Below, piece after piece: positions 1-9,615 of a stretch of DNA of 64,000 nt. The position numbers and the translations under genes are program-made. The number at the start of each line of letters is the position of its first letter. The stretch's first letter is position 1. The notes under the pieces were generated by a model. It was not told the origin of the DNA. It worked only from the letters and a program-made list of their open reading frames with translations, and searched no databases. The DNA is from Parachlamydiales bacterium (GTDB taxonomy: Bacteria; Chlamydiota; Chlamydiia; Chlamydiales; Rhabdochlamydiaceae), in the NCBI GenBank assembly GCA_963705295.1, contig OY970065.1, positions 1,536,001 through 1,600,000 of the forward strand, written 5' to 3'.

Positions 1-385
1 AAAACATGTGGTGATTTTGGGCCGGAGCAACATTGTCGGCAAACCTCTCGCTGCTCTCCTCATGCAGAAAAATCCCGAAGCCAATGCAACCGTCACTGTA
101 GCTCATACCGGGACAAAACATTTGCGCGAGATCACCCTCTCGGCTGATATTCTCATTGCAGCGATGGGAACTCCCCATTTTGTCACCGCACCGTATGTGA
201 AAAAAGGAGCCGTCGTCGTCGATGTTGGGATCAACCGAGAAGGGAGCAAAATCGTCGGTGATGTCGAATTCGATGGAGTCTCGAAGGTGGCATCGCATAT
301 AACACCGGTTCCAGGCGGCGTCGGGCCGATGACGATCGCCATGCTCCTTGCCAATACCGTCCTCAGCTATGAGAGGAAACAGTAA
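1..385 (+). CDS. folD: Bifunctional methylene-THF dehydrogenase/cyclohydrolase (5' truncated by window)
   Basis: [31 protein letters not shown] motifs. Confidence 0.97.
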   Translation, partial: KHVVILGRSNIVGKPLAALLMQKNPEANATVTVAHTGTKHLREITLSADILIAAMGTPHFVTAPYVKKGAVVVDVGINREGSKIVGDVEFDGVSKVASHITPVPGGVGPMTIAMLLANTVLSYERKQ

Positions 386-386
386 A

Positions 387-2519
387 ATGGTTCACTCGAA
401 ACTCGGATATGAAGCTCTCTTAGCGATTTTACTCGGAATTGTCGTCGGTCTTTTTTTTGGACCGATGACCGATGTTTTGAAACCGATTGGTGATATCTTT
501 GTTTTAACCCTTCAAATCGTCGTTCTTCCGTATATTCCCTCTTTGCTGATGCATGGTCTTGGATCTCTTTCACCCGATCTTGCCTTGAAACTGTTCAAGC
601 GGGGCTGGTTTATTTTGATCCTGATTTGGATTTTTGTCCTCATTGTTTGCTACATCGTCAAAACAATTATCCCCTCTCCCCTTCAAAACCCCGCTCTTGG
701 ATTTTCCTTGGAACAATCGGCAGCCTCGACTCAGCCTTTGAGTTTGATCGTTCCCGGCAATAAATTTTACGACATCTTCAACAACATCGTTCCGATCATC
801 ACCATCTTCAGTTTGATTTTCGGCCTTGCGATCATGCATTTGAAGAATAAAGATCCTCTCTTAAGTCTCCTCGAGAGAATCAACAGCTCGCTCGACCGGG
901 TGATCAAATGGATCAGTTACGTAGCACCCATCGGTATCTTTGCCCACGTCGCCTATGTGATGGGAACGGTCAATTTCAGCGATCTTGCCAAACTGCAACT
1001 CTATGTGGTGCTGGTGATTTTCACGACCCTTTTCTTGAGCATCTGGGCTTTTCCGGCCATTGTTTCATGCCTGACGTCGATTCCATACAAAGAGCTCTTT
1101 CAAGAATACAAAATTGTCTCTTTTCTCCCTTTTGCGACAGGCATTCCTACCCTTGCGCTTCCCTACATCAACAACTCGATGCGCCGCCTGGCCGAGCGAA
1201 AAAATCTCGAACTCGCCAATTTTCGAAACACCTCTCAAACCATCATTCCCATTGGATTTGGGTTCGCCCAAGTCGGAAATTTTCTCCCTCTACTTTTCCT
1301 TTTTTTCATGGCCTTTTTCTACCGGCACCCTTTGTCAACATCTCAAACAATAGCTCTACCGTTCCTTGTCACCATCTTTTCACTCGGAACACCCCAGTTC
1401 ACCTTCATCGCTCTCCCTTTTCTCCTGCGCACCCTATCTCTCCCGGCTGAAGGGTTTAATCTCTTTGCAGAAATTTCCGCCATCACGTTGAACTTTCAAG
1501 TTCTCCTGAGCACCGTTTCGATGCTCTCTTTCATGTACCTCGTTATTTTGCGTTTTTATGGACTCTTGCAGATCAATTGGAAGAGACTCTTTTTCCATGC
1601 AGCAAGTATGCTCGTCGTCCTGCTCGGTTTTGCCATCATTGGGAAACGGGTTTTTTCCGCCCCGGATAATTACAGCGACCTCTATTACAGCTTAAAACTC
1701 GAAATAGAAAATCCACCGGCCGTCGTCATCTATAAAGAAAGACCTCCATCTCTTCCAGGGCCGTTTGAAAATCCGATGGCCAGAATTTTAAAACGACAAG
1801 CCATCCGTGTCGGCTACAGTATTCTCGATATCCCCTTCAGCTACCTGAACAAATGGGGAGAACTTGTCGGGTATGATATCGCCTACGCGTACGAGCTGGC
1901 AAAAGATCTCGGTGTGAAGCTCGAGCTCGTCCCGATCAATTACAATACGATGATTGAGGATGTGAATGCAGGATATTGTGATATCGTCATGTCGGCGATC
2001 ATCGTGGATGAAAAGAGAATCTTAGGACTCGATTTCACCAACGTTTATATGGAACAGCTCAATGCTCTCATCATTCCCCATGCAAAGACCCCACTCTATA
2101 AAGACCTATCTACAGTCCAAAAAATGCACAATCTCAAAATTGGGGCCATCGGAGCGTACGAAGAGATCGCAAAAGAATATTTCCCAAATAGTATTGTAGT
2201 TCCATCAGGATTTGATAGCCTTCTCAATGGCACTGTCGATGCACGCCTCTGCTCCGAAATCCAAGGCTACATCTGGTGTCTGGCCCACACCCACTATAAA
2301 ACCCTTGCCTACAATGGACTCCTTGGAAAAAAATTCTTCGCCTATCCGACCAAGCTCGGCGCCGATCAAATGGTCCAATTTATCAATGAATGGATGCAGC
2401 TGAAACAAGAGCAAGGATTCGAGCTCCAGCAAAGACAACACTGGTTCCTGGGCAAGTCATTCACCCCCGAATCAAAACGGTGGAGCTTCATCCGCGATGT
2501 CCTCCACTGGGTCCATTAA
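387..2519 (+). CDS. Dicarboxylate/amino acid:cation symporter fused to C-terminal periplasmic substrate-binding (family 3) domain
   Basis: Hydrophobic DAACS-like N-half; C-half has PFSY..GELVGYDIAYAYELAKDLGVKLELVP; ATG 387 directly after folD stop. Confidence 0.85.
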   Translation: MVHSKLGYEALLAILLGIVVGLFFGPMTDVLKPIGDIFVLTLQIVVLPYIPSLLMHGLGSLSPDLALKLFKRGWFILILIWIFVLIVCYIVKTIIPSPLQNPALGFSLEQSAASTQPLSLIVPGNKFYDIFNNIVPIITIFSLIFGLAIMHLKNKDPLLSLLERINSSLDRVIKWISYVAPIGIFAHVAYVMGTVNFSDLAKLQLYVVLVIFTTLFLSIWAFPAIVSCLTSIPYKELFQEYKIVSFLPFATGIPTLALPYINNSMRRLAERKNLELANFRNTSQTIIPIGFGFAQVGNFLPLLFLFFMAFFYRHPLSTSQTIALPFLVTIFSLGTPQFTFIALPFLLRTLSLPAEGFNLFAEISAITLNFQVLLSTVSMLSFMYLVILRFYGLLQINWKRLFFHAASMLVVLLGFAIIGKRVFSAPDNYSDLYYSLKLEIENPPAVVIYKERPPSLPGPFENPMARILKRQAIRVGYSILDIPFSYLNKWGELVGYDIAYAYELAKDLGVKLELVPINYNTMIEDVNAGYCDIVMSAIIVDEKRILGLDFTNVYMEQLNALIIPHAKTPLYKDLSTVQKMHNLKIGAIGAYEEIAKEYFPNSIVVPSGFDSLLNGTVDARLCSEIQGYIWCLAHTHYKTLAYNGLLGKKFFAYPTKLGADQMVQFINEWMQLKQEQGFELQQRQHWFLGKSFTPESKRWSFIRDVLHWVH

Positions 2520-2540
2520 GAATTATTGCTTCGCAAAGAG

Positions 2541-2639
2541 TTTAAACCACCGAGCACACCGAGATCACCGAGGCGGCTTCGCCGCAAAGAATCTCTTTCT
2601 TGTATTTTCTCGGTGCTCTCGGTGTGCTCGGTGGTTAAA
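2541..2639. repeat. REP-like palindromic repeat, family C copy 1
   Basis: AACCACCGAGCACACCGAGATCACCGAG...CTCGGTGCTCTCGGTGTGCTCGGTGGTT; near-identical copy at 55051-55148. Confidence 0.9.
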
Positions 2640-2677
2640 TTTCTTATTTAAGATTTTTTACCACAAAGAAAGAAGAA

Positions 2678-3307
2678 TCAGAGGTGGTGCAGAACGGTTT
2701 TTAGTCTGAAAAGGCTGAAGATGGTTTCAAAGGCTATGAAAGATCGTCTCCAAGCATCACCACAATAAAACGCCACGGATCTTGCTGTGATGGGTAAAGC
2801 CCAATTCCAGCCAAAGGAGACTTCAACAGGCAATTTGTGACGTTGCATGAGAGTGGCTATTCCCAGGATAACAAAACCTGTTAAGGCTTTTGTTGGTTTG
2901 GTGCGTAGTTCAAGCGTTGTAAATAAAAGATTCAATGCTAAGAGAGCATAAGGAGTTATTTCACAGATCTGAGCACAACGCGTACTTAAATACGTTTCTT
3001 CCCGTCTTGGAATAAACATGTTAACATGAGCTAAGATCCAAAAAGCCCCGATGCATTTCATAGCCGTTGTATGGGAAGCCAGAAATGGAACTTCTGGGGC
3101 AAGCCGATGAGCTTTCATGACCGTCTTGATAATTTTCAATGAGGTTGGAAAAAATCCCGAGGGGTTATCTCGCAAAGGCTGGGCATTGAAGAAATAATTA
3201 CCATTTCCATAGCCCGATCGAACCCCATTGGCTACATCATCCCACGTCCATTGTCCCGTACGAAAATTTGAAAGCCCTAGAAGAGCCCCATTTAAAATCG
3301 ATGCCAT
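2678..3307 (-). CDS. Hypothetical membrane protein
   Basis: 209-aa ORF with several hydrophobic segments; no motif recognised. Confidence 0.7.
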   Translation of the reverse strand: MASILNGALLGLSNFRTGQWTWDDVANGVRSGYGNGNYFFNAQPLRDNPSGFFPTSLKIIKTVMKAHRLAPEVPFLASHTTAMKCIGAFWILAHVNMFIPRREETYLSTRCAQICEITPYALLALNLLFTTLELRTKPTKALTGFVILGIATLMQRHKLPVEVSFGWNWALPITARSVAFYCGDAWRRSFIAFETIFSLFRLKTVLHHL

Positions 3308-3313
3308 TGAGAT

Positions 3314-3622
3314 TTATTTCCCGTTATTTTCCGGAGGATGGTACCCCATAAGAGTATTTAGGTTCAAATAAACTTGGATAGCCTTATAAGCGCCAAAAGC
3401 AATTCCTTCATAAAGACCGTTTTCAGAATTACGAGATAATAAATAACAGCTGACAGAAGAAAGAGCTGTCGAAAGGTAAAACGAATCGCCTTCTGAAAAC
3501 TTCTGTCTCCTCAAAATGTACTTAGAAACCGAATCAATCAGCATGGAGGCCGCAACTGCACCAACTGAATAATAAAAAGATGGACTAGAAGTTCTAGATA
3601 ATAACGAATTAATTGATAACAT
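3314..3622 (-). CDS. Small hypothetical membrane protein
   Basis: 102-aa ORF, AAGGAG SD upstream, Ser-rich N-terminus. Confidence 0.7.
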   Translation of the reverse strand: MLSINSLLSRTSSPSFYYSVGAVAASMLIDSVSKYILRRQKFSEGDSFYLSTALSSVSCYLLSRNSENGLYEGIAFGAYKAIQVYLNLNTLMGYHPPENNGK

Positions 3623-3751
3623 AACTCTCCTTAGTTTTTGTAGAACTATATTTTACTAAATTTATTAATTATTTTCAACCTGTCATATGGGCAAAGGATT
3701 ATAGAGAAAAAGGGGGTTTGTTTTTAAGAAAAATCTCTATATGATGATTGG

Positions 3752-5878
3752 ATGGATAAATCAGATCCTCAATATCTTACTTTTCGAGATGTGCTTTTAG
3801 AATACATCCATGGGAAAAAATACGAACCGTTGGGGGAAAAGGGAATTTTTAAAAAACTGAGTATTGACCCCAAATTTCATCTGATATGCCATCAAATTTT
3901 AAAAGATCTTATTGATGAAGGAGTGATTGAACTGAGGAATAAAAAAATTGTTTTAAAAGGACCTCCTCAGGAGCTCATTGCCGGCGTGATCCATGTTCAC
4001 GCAAAAGGATTTGGTTTTGTCACTCCTGATCACCCTGCCCAATGTCCTCAAGATATTTTTATCCCAAAACATCTGATGGATAATGCGATCGACGGAGACC
4101 GAGTCGAAGTCGAGATGAGTAGCATACAATCTCCCAAGGGACCTGAGGGAAAAGTTATTTCCGTTCTCGAGAGAGGGAGAACGCACATCGGTGCCACCGT
4201 TCATCATATGGGCCCCAAAACCTTCGCCTACGCCTATTCACCTCTACTTGGAACAACGAAATTCATCGAAATCAAACCGAAGAAAACAACGAAGATCGGA
4301 GATCGTGTCATCATCAAAATCCGCGATTGGGGCGATGAAAAAGAAGGACCTCAAGGAGACATCACCCACTACCTAGGTCACATCTCAGATCCCTCAACCG
4401 ACATTCCAGCTGTCATTGAAGAATTTGATCTCAGAGGGGTTTTTCCTCCCGAAGTCATTGAGATGGCCCGTGAGTGGGGACGGGAAGTTCCGAAAACCGA
4501 ACTCAAGAAGCGGGACGATCTCACAACCTTGATCACCTGCACCATCGATCCTGAGACAGCAAAAGATTTTGATGATGCAATCTCTATCAGCAAAGATAAA
4601 AAAGGAAATTTCAGTCTCGGCGTTCATATTGCCGATGTGGCCCATTATGTCCCTGTAAGTTCTCCCCTGGATAAAGAAGCGTTTTTGCGGGGCAATTCGA
4701 CCTATTTTCCGGGATTTTGTCTACCGATGCTTCCGCACGAACTCTCCGACAACCTTTGCAGTCTACAACCGGACGCAGTCCGATTGACCGTTTCTGTCCT
4801 CATGGATTTCGATAAAGAAGGGAATCTCCAAAATTACAAAATCGTCCGGAGTTTTATCAAAAGCTCCAAACGGTTTTCCTACGAAGAGGCGAAACGAGTT
4901 TTAGATGGAGAAACCAAAAGTCCTTTTCTTAAAAATCTTCAAAACATGGTCGATCTCTGCCATGTTTTAAAAAAGAAACGGTCTGAGCGGGGAAGTATCG
5001 ACTTTGCCCTTCCTGATCTGGTCATTGTCGTCGATGAAAAGGGACAGCCTCAAAAAACCCACCGTGTGGAATACGACATCACCCATCAGATGATTGAAGA
5101 ATTCATGCTCAAGGCCAATGAAATCGTTGCGACGCATCTTTTCAAAGCAGGAAAACATGTCGTCTACCGAGTTCACGAATCGCCTGATAAAGAAGACATG
5201 GATGAATTTTATAAGTTGGCTAGATCTCTCGGATTTTCCATGCCGCAAGAACCGACCCAGAAAGATCTCCAAGAGTTGTTCGAAAAAGTCAAAAAAACAC
5301 CCCATGCTCAGCAACTTTCCGTCGCTTTCATTCGGAGTATGAAACTCGCCTCGTATTCTCCCAATAATGTGGGCCATTTTGGTCTCGCTTTGGAGTATTA
5401 CACCCATTTCACGAGTCCAATCCGTCGGTACACCGACCTCGTCATCCAAAGACTTCTCTTCAATGAAGAGGGCAAAGATCTCGAGATGGATAAAATTGCC
5501 GAGGCATGTTCCGAAAAAGAGCGGATTTCTTGGCGTGCAGAAAATTCGGTCAAAATCTTGAAAAAGCTCCGTCTCATGGATGCGTGGATGAAAGACGATC
5601 CACAAACGAGTTACCAGGCGATTGTGACACGGGTCAAACCGTTTGGGCTTTTCTTCGATATTTCCAATCTGATGCTAGAAGGATTTTTGCATATATCTGA
5701 GCTCGAAAATGATTATTTCGTCCACAATCCGACGCAAAACACCCTTGTTGGTCGAACAACAGGCAAAACCCATCATGTGGGCGAAATCATCCAGGTCCGC
5801 CCCACCTCCATCGATCTCATCCTTTTAGAATCTAAATGGGAACTGGTGCTTCCTAGAAGAGAGCGGAGAAGGAAGTGA
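3752..5878 (+). CDS. rnr: Ribonuclease R
   Basis: KGFGFV cold-shock domain, TIDPETAKDFDDAIS, HFTSPIRRYTDL, C-terminal S1 domain and basic tail. Confidence 0.97.
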   Translation: MDKSDPQYLTFRDVLLEYIHGKKYEPLGEKGIFKKLSIDPKFHLICHQILKDLIDEGVIELRNKKIVLKGPPQELIAGVIHVHAKGFGFVTPDHPAQCPQDIFIPKHLMDNAIDGDRVEVEMSSIQSPKGPEGKVISVLERGRTHIGATVHHMGPKTFAYAYSPLLGTTKFIEIKPKKTTKIGDRVIIKIRDWGDEKEGPQGDITHYLGHISDPSTDIPAVIEEFDLRGVFPPEVIEMAREWGREVPKTELKKRDDLTTLITCTIDPETAKDFDDAISISKDKKGNFSLGVHIADVAHYVPVSSPLDKEAFLRGNSTYFPGFCLPMLPHELSDNLCSLQPDAVRLTVSVLMDFDKEGNLQNYKIVRSFIKSSKRFSYEEAKRVLDGETKSPFLKNLQNMVDLCHVLKKKRSERGSIDFALPDLVIVVDEKGQPQKTHRVEYDITHQMIEEFMLKANEIVATHLFKAGKHVVYRVHESPDKEDMDEFYKLARSLGFSMPQEPTQKDLQELFEKVKKTPHAQQLSVAFIRSMKLASYSPNNVGHFGLALEYYTHFTSPIRRYTDLVIQRLLFNEEGKDLEMDKIAEACSEKERISWRAENSVKILKKLRLMDAWMKDDPQTSYQAIVTRVKPFGLFFDISNLMLEGFLHISELENDYFVHNPTQNTLVGRTTGKTHHVGEIIQVRPTSIDLILLESKWELVLPRRERRRK

Positions 5879-6516
5879 AAAAATCGTTCCTCACCGGTCT
5901 TGTCATTCTGCTTCCCATTGCGGTGACTCTTGCCATTCTTGGATTCATCATCAATTTCTTCACGGCTCCTTTCGTCGAAATCGTCTCTTCGTTCATCCTG
6001 AAGTATTGTGTGGCTCAGAATGGATTTCTTTTTCTGACGCAGGAACAAGTCATCCGGTATTTGAGCAAGCTCCTCATCTTGATTCTTCTCTTTTTTGTGA
6101 TCTTGTTTCTCGGAACCATCGCTCGGATGTACGCCCTCCGCTCCATTCTGTATTTCGGAGATCGGATCCTGAAGAAAATCCCCATCGTCAACACCGTTTA
6201 CAAAACAACCCAAGAGATCATTAAGACGTTCTTTTCTCCTGAAAAAACGACATTCAGAAAAGTTGTCCTTGTTCCTTTTCCACGTCCAGGAATGTATACG
6301 CTCGGGTTAGTCTCGGGTGAAGCACCGCGCGTGCTCAGCGACACTCTCCAATCTCACCTAGTTGCCGTGCTTATTTTGACAACCCCAAACCCCAGCACCG
6401 GTTATCTCCTCATGTATAAGCCGGAAGATGTCATCTACCTCGACCTGAAACCCGAAGAGGCGATCAAATATATCCTATCTTGTGGAGTCCTCGTCCCCAT
6501 AGAGAGGATTACATGA
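5875..6516 (+). CDS. DUF502 family membrane protein (copy 1)
   Basis: KKSFLTGLVILLP, KIPIVNTVYK, TTPNPSTGY; GTGA overlap with rnr. Confidence 0.9.
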   Translation: MKKSFLTGLVILLPIAVTLAILGFIINFFTAPFVEIVSSFILKYCVAQNGFLFLTQEQVIRYLSKLLILILLFFVILFLGTIARMYALRSILYFGDRILKKIPIVNTVYKTTQEIIKTFFSPEKTTFRKVVLVPFPRPGMYTLGLVSGEAPRVLSDTLQSHLVAVLILTTPNPSTGYLLMYKPEDVIYLDLKPEEAIKYILSCGVLVPIERIT

Positions 6517-7148
6517 AAAAATCTTTTTCAACCGGCCTCGTCATTTTGCTCCCCTTTGCCCTCACGATTTGGGTTGTTGTCTATCTTTTTGACCTTTTTA
6601 CAAATCCCATTTTCAATCTGCTCGAAGCCCTCATTCTCTGGTATGAAAAACAACATGGGATCAGCATGATCAACCATGTTGCTCTCGTGACCTTCCTTAG
6701 CCGCATCGCCGCTCTTATTTTAACATTTATATTCATCATTGTGCTCGGTTACCTCGCGAGAAAATTTTTCTTCGATGCGATCCTCCGTCTTTTTAACAAA
6801 TTGGTCGTCCGCATCCCCCTCGTCGGCACGATTTATCGCCTCACGAAAGACATCACCAAAGCCATGCTGTCGTCCGATACAAAAACCTTCAAAGAGACCG
6901 TCCTCATTCCGTTTCCTTCGCCAGAAACATATTCTGTCGGTTTCATCACCGGAGAAGTCCCCCCTGTTTTTCAACCGATCATTCCTCAGGCCAATACCTC
7001 TGTCTTTGTCCCCACTGCCCCGCATCCGATGTCGGGATTTGTTTTATTTTGCAATAAAGAGACCCTCCACTCCGCCAACGTCTCCGTCGAAGATACGTTC
7101 AAATTTCTCCTTTCATGCGGCGTCATCCAACCCCCACCAAAAAAATGA
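6513..7148 (+). CDS. DUF502 family membrane protein (copy 2)
   Basis: KKSFSTGLVILLP, RIPLVGTIY, FVPTAPHPMSGF; ATGA overlap. Confidence 0.9.
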   Translation: MKKSFSTGLVILLPFALTIWVVVYLFDLFTNPIFNLLEALILWYEKQHGISMINHVALVTFLSRIAALILTFIFIIVLGYLARKFFFDAILRLFNKLVVRIPLVGTIYRLTKDITKAMLSSDTKTFKETVLIPFPSPETYSVGFITGEVPPVFQPIIPQANTSVFVPTAPHPMSGFVLFCNKETLHSANVSVEDTFKFLLSCGVIQPPPKK

Positions 7149-7525
7149 ATACCATCATCTTTTTTACCATCAAAACCCCGACCCAAAAACTCTCGAAAAT
7201 TTATCAGATCGCCCTCCGCCATATCGATCAAAAAGAACCCCTTCTGCTCCTCGCTGCTGACAAAACCTCTTTTGACTTCCTCGATCAACTCCTGTGGACC
7301 TCGCCCCCAGAAAGCTTTCTCCCCCACCCTTCACCCCTCCTTGAGATCTCCCTAGAGCCCAAACCCGGCTTTAGCATCTTCAACCTCCGGCCCACCCCCT
7401 TCGTAGACCCTGCCAAAACCGTTTACGAGTTCGAAGACCACACCTCCCCTGAAAAAATCCAGTTATCGAAACACCGTTACGAAACCTACCGCGATCAAAA
7501 CTTCTCTATTATCATTGAAAATTAA
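7145..7525 (+). CDS. holC: DNA polymerase III chi subunit-like protein
   Basis: LDQLLWTSPPESFLPH motif; ATGA overlap. Confidence 0.85.
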   Translation: MNTIIFFTIKTPTQKLSKIYQIALRHIDQKEPLLLLAADKTSFDFLDQLLWTSPPESFLPHPSPLLEISLEPKPGFSIFNLRPTPFVDPAKTVYEFEDHTSPEKIQLSKHRYETYRDQNFSIIIEN

Positions 7526-7566
7526 AGCCCTTCATGATAAATTTTACCTTTTATTTGGAGAATCTC

Positions 7567-7746
7567 ATGGTACGGATCAGTAAACAAGCGGAAAGACGGG
7601 CAAAATGTCCCCATAAACCTCGCCCACCCGCAAAGAAAACGGGCCCGAAGAAAGATAAATTGCCTAAAGGTTTTAAACCTCATGTGAATGCTATCGCAAA
7701 TGAAACTATGGCTCAGCAAATCTTCATTCCCAAAAGAATAGGTTAA
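7567..7746 (+). CDS. Small basic hypothetical protein (59 aa)
   Basis: GGAG SD; Lys/Pro-rich ORF filling the gap in the operon. Confidence 0.7.
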   Translation: MVRISKQAERRAKCPHKPRPPAKKTGPKKDKLPKGFKPHVNAIANETMAQQIFIPKRIG

Positions 7747-7748
7747 CC

Positions 7749-7910
7749 ATGACACGCCATCGCAGTTACGGAAAAGCCAGCAAAACAGCTAAAAAAAGAA
7801 ACGTCCTGAAGCGGTACGAGCGGATCGATGTTTTACGCAAACTAGGAAAATGGAAAGACGGAGAAAACACTCAGGTCACAGCTCTCCCCAAAACACCTGT
7901 CGTCGCATAA
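7749..7910 (+). CDS. PVC superphylum signature small basic protein (53 aa; absent from ORF track)
   Basis: Translates MTRHRSYGKASKTAKKRNVLKRYERIDVLRKLGKWKDGENTQVTALPKTPVVA; RNVLKRxERI..W...LPK motif. Confidence 0.92.
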   Translation: MTRHRSYGKASKTAKKRNVLKRYERIDVLRKLGKWKDGENTQVTALPKTPVVA

Positions 7911-8329
7911 ATATATACAACCGTCAATCGAATCTCAAGCTCCACGTCCCCTCCGTGAGGAACGTGATTTCGTTCTTTTTTCAACACAAGCACATCTCCT
8001 GTGACGAAGTATCTGTCTACTTTGTCGGCAAAAGAAAAATATCAACGCTTCACGAAAAATATTTCCAAAACCCCTCTCCGACCGACTGTATTACTTTTCC
8101 CCTTGATGACCATTTCCTCGGGGAAATTTTTATTTGCCCCCAGATGGCTCTCAAACACAATCCCAAAAAGCCGTACAACGAAGTCACCTTGTATATTTTT
8201 CACTGCCTCTTGCATCTTTTAGGCTACGACGATATCGATAATAGAAAGAGAGCCATTATGCGCCGCGAAGAAAAACGGCTGATGGCCCTCGCCAGGAAAC
8301 ACCGATGTATTTTGGAAACATCCTCTTAG
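7907..8329 (+). CDS. ybeY: rRNA maturation endoribonuclease YbeY (start uncertain: ATA 7907, ATG 7850 or a later GTG)
   Basis: PTDCITFP, LGEIFIC, HCLLHLLGYDD. Confidence 0.92.
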   Translation: MNIYNRQSNLKLHVPSVRNVISFFFQHKHISCDEVSVYFVGKRKISTLHEKYFQNPSPTDCITFPLDDHFLGEIFICPQMALKHNPKKPYNEVTLYIFHCLLHLLGYDDIDNRKRAIMRREEKRLMALARKHRCILETSS

Positions 8330-9612
8330 CCCTCGTCTTTCTCCTCAGCTCGGCGATCCTGGCAGGGATGACGACAGCTCTTCTTCAACTCGGGCGTCTC
8401 CATGCCAAAGAAGAATTTAAAAAAATCCCCTCTCTGTTTTTTTTCCAACATTTCTTAAAACCTCTCTTTGGCAACCGGAAATGGGAAGGCCTCTTTTTCA
8501 CCCTCAGCTTTAGCAAACACGTCCTCCATCTCTGTTACGGCGTCATCACCATCTTCATTCTTCTGACCCAAAATCCGTTTACCAAAGCCCTGAAATTTTT
8601 AGAAACCCATGGTTACACTTACGATACCCTCTGGGTCATCGCGCTTGGAGCCATCATCATTCTCATCTCGCTCATCACCGATCTTCTCATGAAGCTCATC
8701 GCCACAGCTGCACCCGTTTTCTCTCTCAAACTCTTTGCTCCCATTTCTTCCGTCTTTTTGACCATCTTCTCCCCCGTCACTTTCGTTTTTATGAAAATGG
8801 TCCAAACGTTCTTCCCCCAAGATGGAAAAGAAAAAGCCGCTCTTCCTTCCATCCGCGACAAGATCTTGGAAGTCCTCTATGAATCAGAGCTCTCCGCCCA
8901 TCTCGACCCTCAAGAAAGAAAACTGATCCTCTCCGTTGCAAACTTTAAAGAAATCAACGCCCGCGAAGTGATGGTCCCACGGATCAATGTGATCTCCGTG
9001 CCAGAAGAAATCACCATCCAAGAAGCCGCCGAAGTGTTCATCAAAGAAAGGTACAGCCGTATCCCCGTCTATCAAGACAATATCGACCACATTGTGGGCC
9101 TTCTTCTCTACAAAGATGTCGTGTCTGCGCAAAACAAACAAGATTCGATCAAATCGCTCATCAAACCGGTCATTTTCACCCCCGAAACCAAAAAGATTTC
9201 CCTGCTCCTTCAAGAACTCCGGAGCAAAAAAATCCACCTCGCGATCGTCGTCGATGAATACGGCGGCACCGAAGGAATCGTGACCATTGAAGATATCCTC
9301 GAAGAACTTGTCGGAGAAATTGCCGATGAAGACGACACCGATCAAGAAATTCTCTACTCCATCCTCCCCTCGGGCGGCTGGATCGTCGATGCCCGAATGA
9401 ACATCCTCGACATCGAAAAAGAGCTCGGCATCCAAATCCCTCCCAGCCCCGAGTACGACACCCTCGGCGGCTATATCTACAACCGGGCCGGCACCATCCC
9501 CGCCCAAGGGTGGCGCCTCCACCACGACGACTTCGACCTCGAAATCCTCAGCTCCGACGATCGTGCCATCGATAAAGTCCGCATCCTCCCCCACCCCTCC
9601 GAAGAATCTTAA
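8305..9612 (+). CDS. tlyC: Hemolysin-family / CNNM-CBS-CorC transporter-associated protein
   Basis: N-terminal TM (DUF21), AREVMVPR, YSRIPVY, VVDEYGGTEGIVTIEDILEELVGEI, YDTLGG. Confidence 0.93.
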   Translation: MYFGNILLALVFLLSSAILAGMTTALLQLGRLHAKEEFKKIPSLFFFQHFLKPLFGNRKWEGLFFTLSFSKHVLHLCYGVITIFILLTQNPFTKALKFLETHGYTYDTLWVIALGAIIILISLITDLLMKLIATAAPVFSLKLFAPISSVFLTIFSPVTFVFMKMVQTFFPQDGKEKAALPSIRDKILEVLYESELSAHLDPQERKLILSVANFKEINAREVMVPRINVISVPEEITIQEAAEVFIKERYSRIPVYQDNIDHIVGLLLYKDVVSAQNKQDSIKSLIKPVIFTPETKKISLLLQELRSKKIHLAIVVDEYGGTEGIVTIEDILEELVGEIADEDDTDQEILYSILPSGGWIVDARMNILDIEKELGIQIPPSPEYDTLGGYIYNRAGTIPAQGWRLHHDDFDLEILSSDDRAIDKVRILPHPSEES

Positions 9613-9615
9613 GCT

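Noticed and set aside
2541..2639. CRISPR array
   Set aside because: 9-nt units form one inverted repeat with no spacers; no cas genes
4967..5605. 212-aa antisense ORF inside rnr
   Set aside because: Shadow ORF on a conserved gene
8200..8233. YbeY third His replaced by Asp (HLLGYDD) as a sign of inactivation
   Set aside because: GYDD is a common natural variant in PVC and other phyla
8884..9594. 236-aa antisense ORF inside tlyC
   Set aside because: Shadow of C-ending codon bias in a well-supported gene; no motifs
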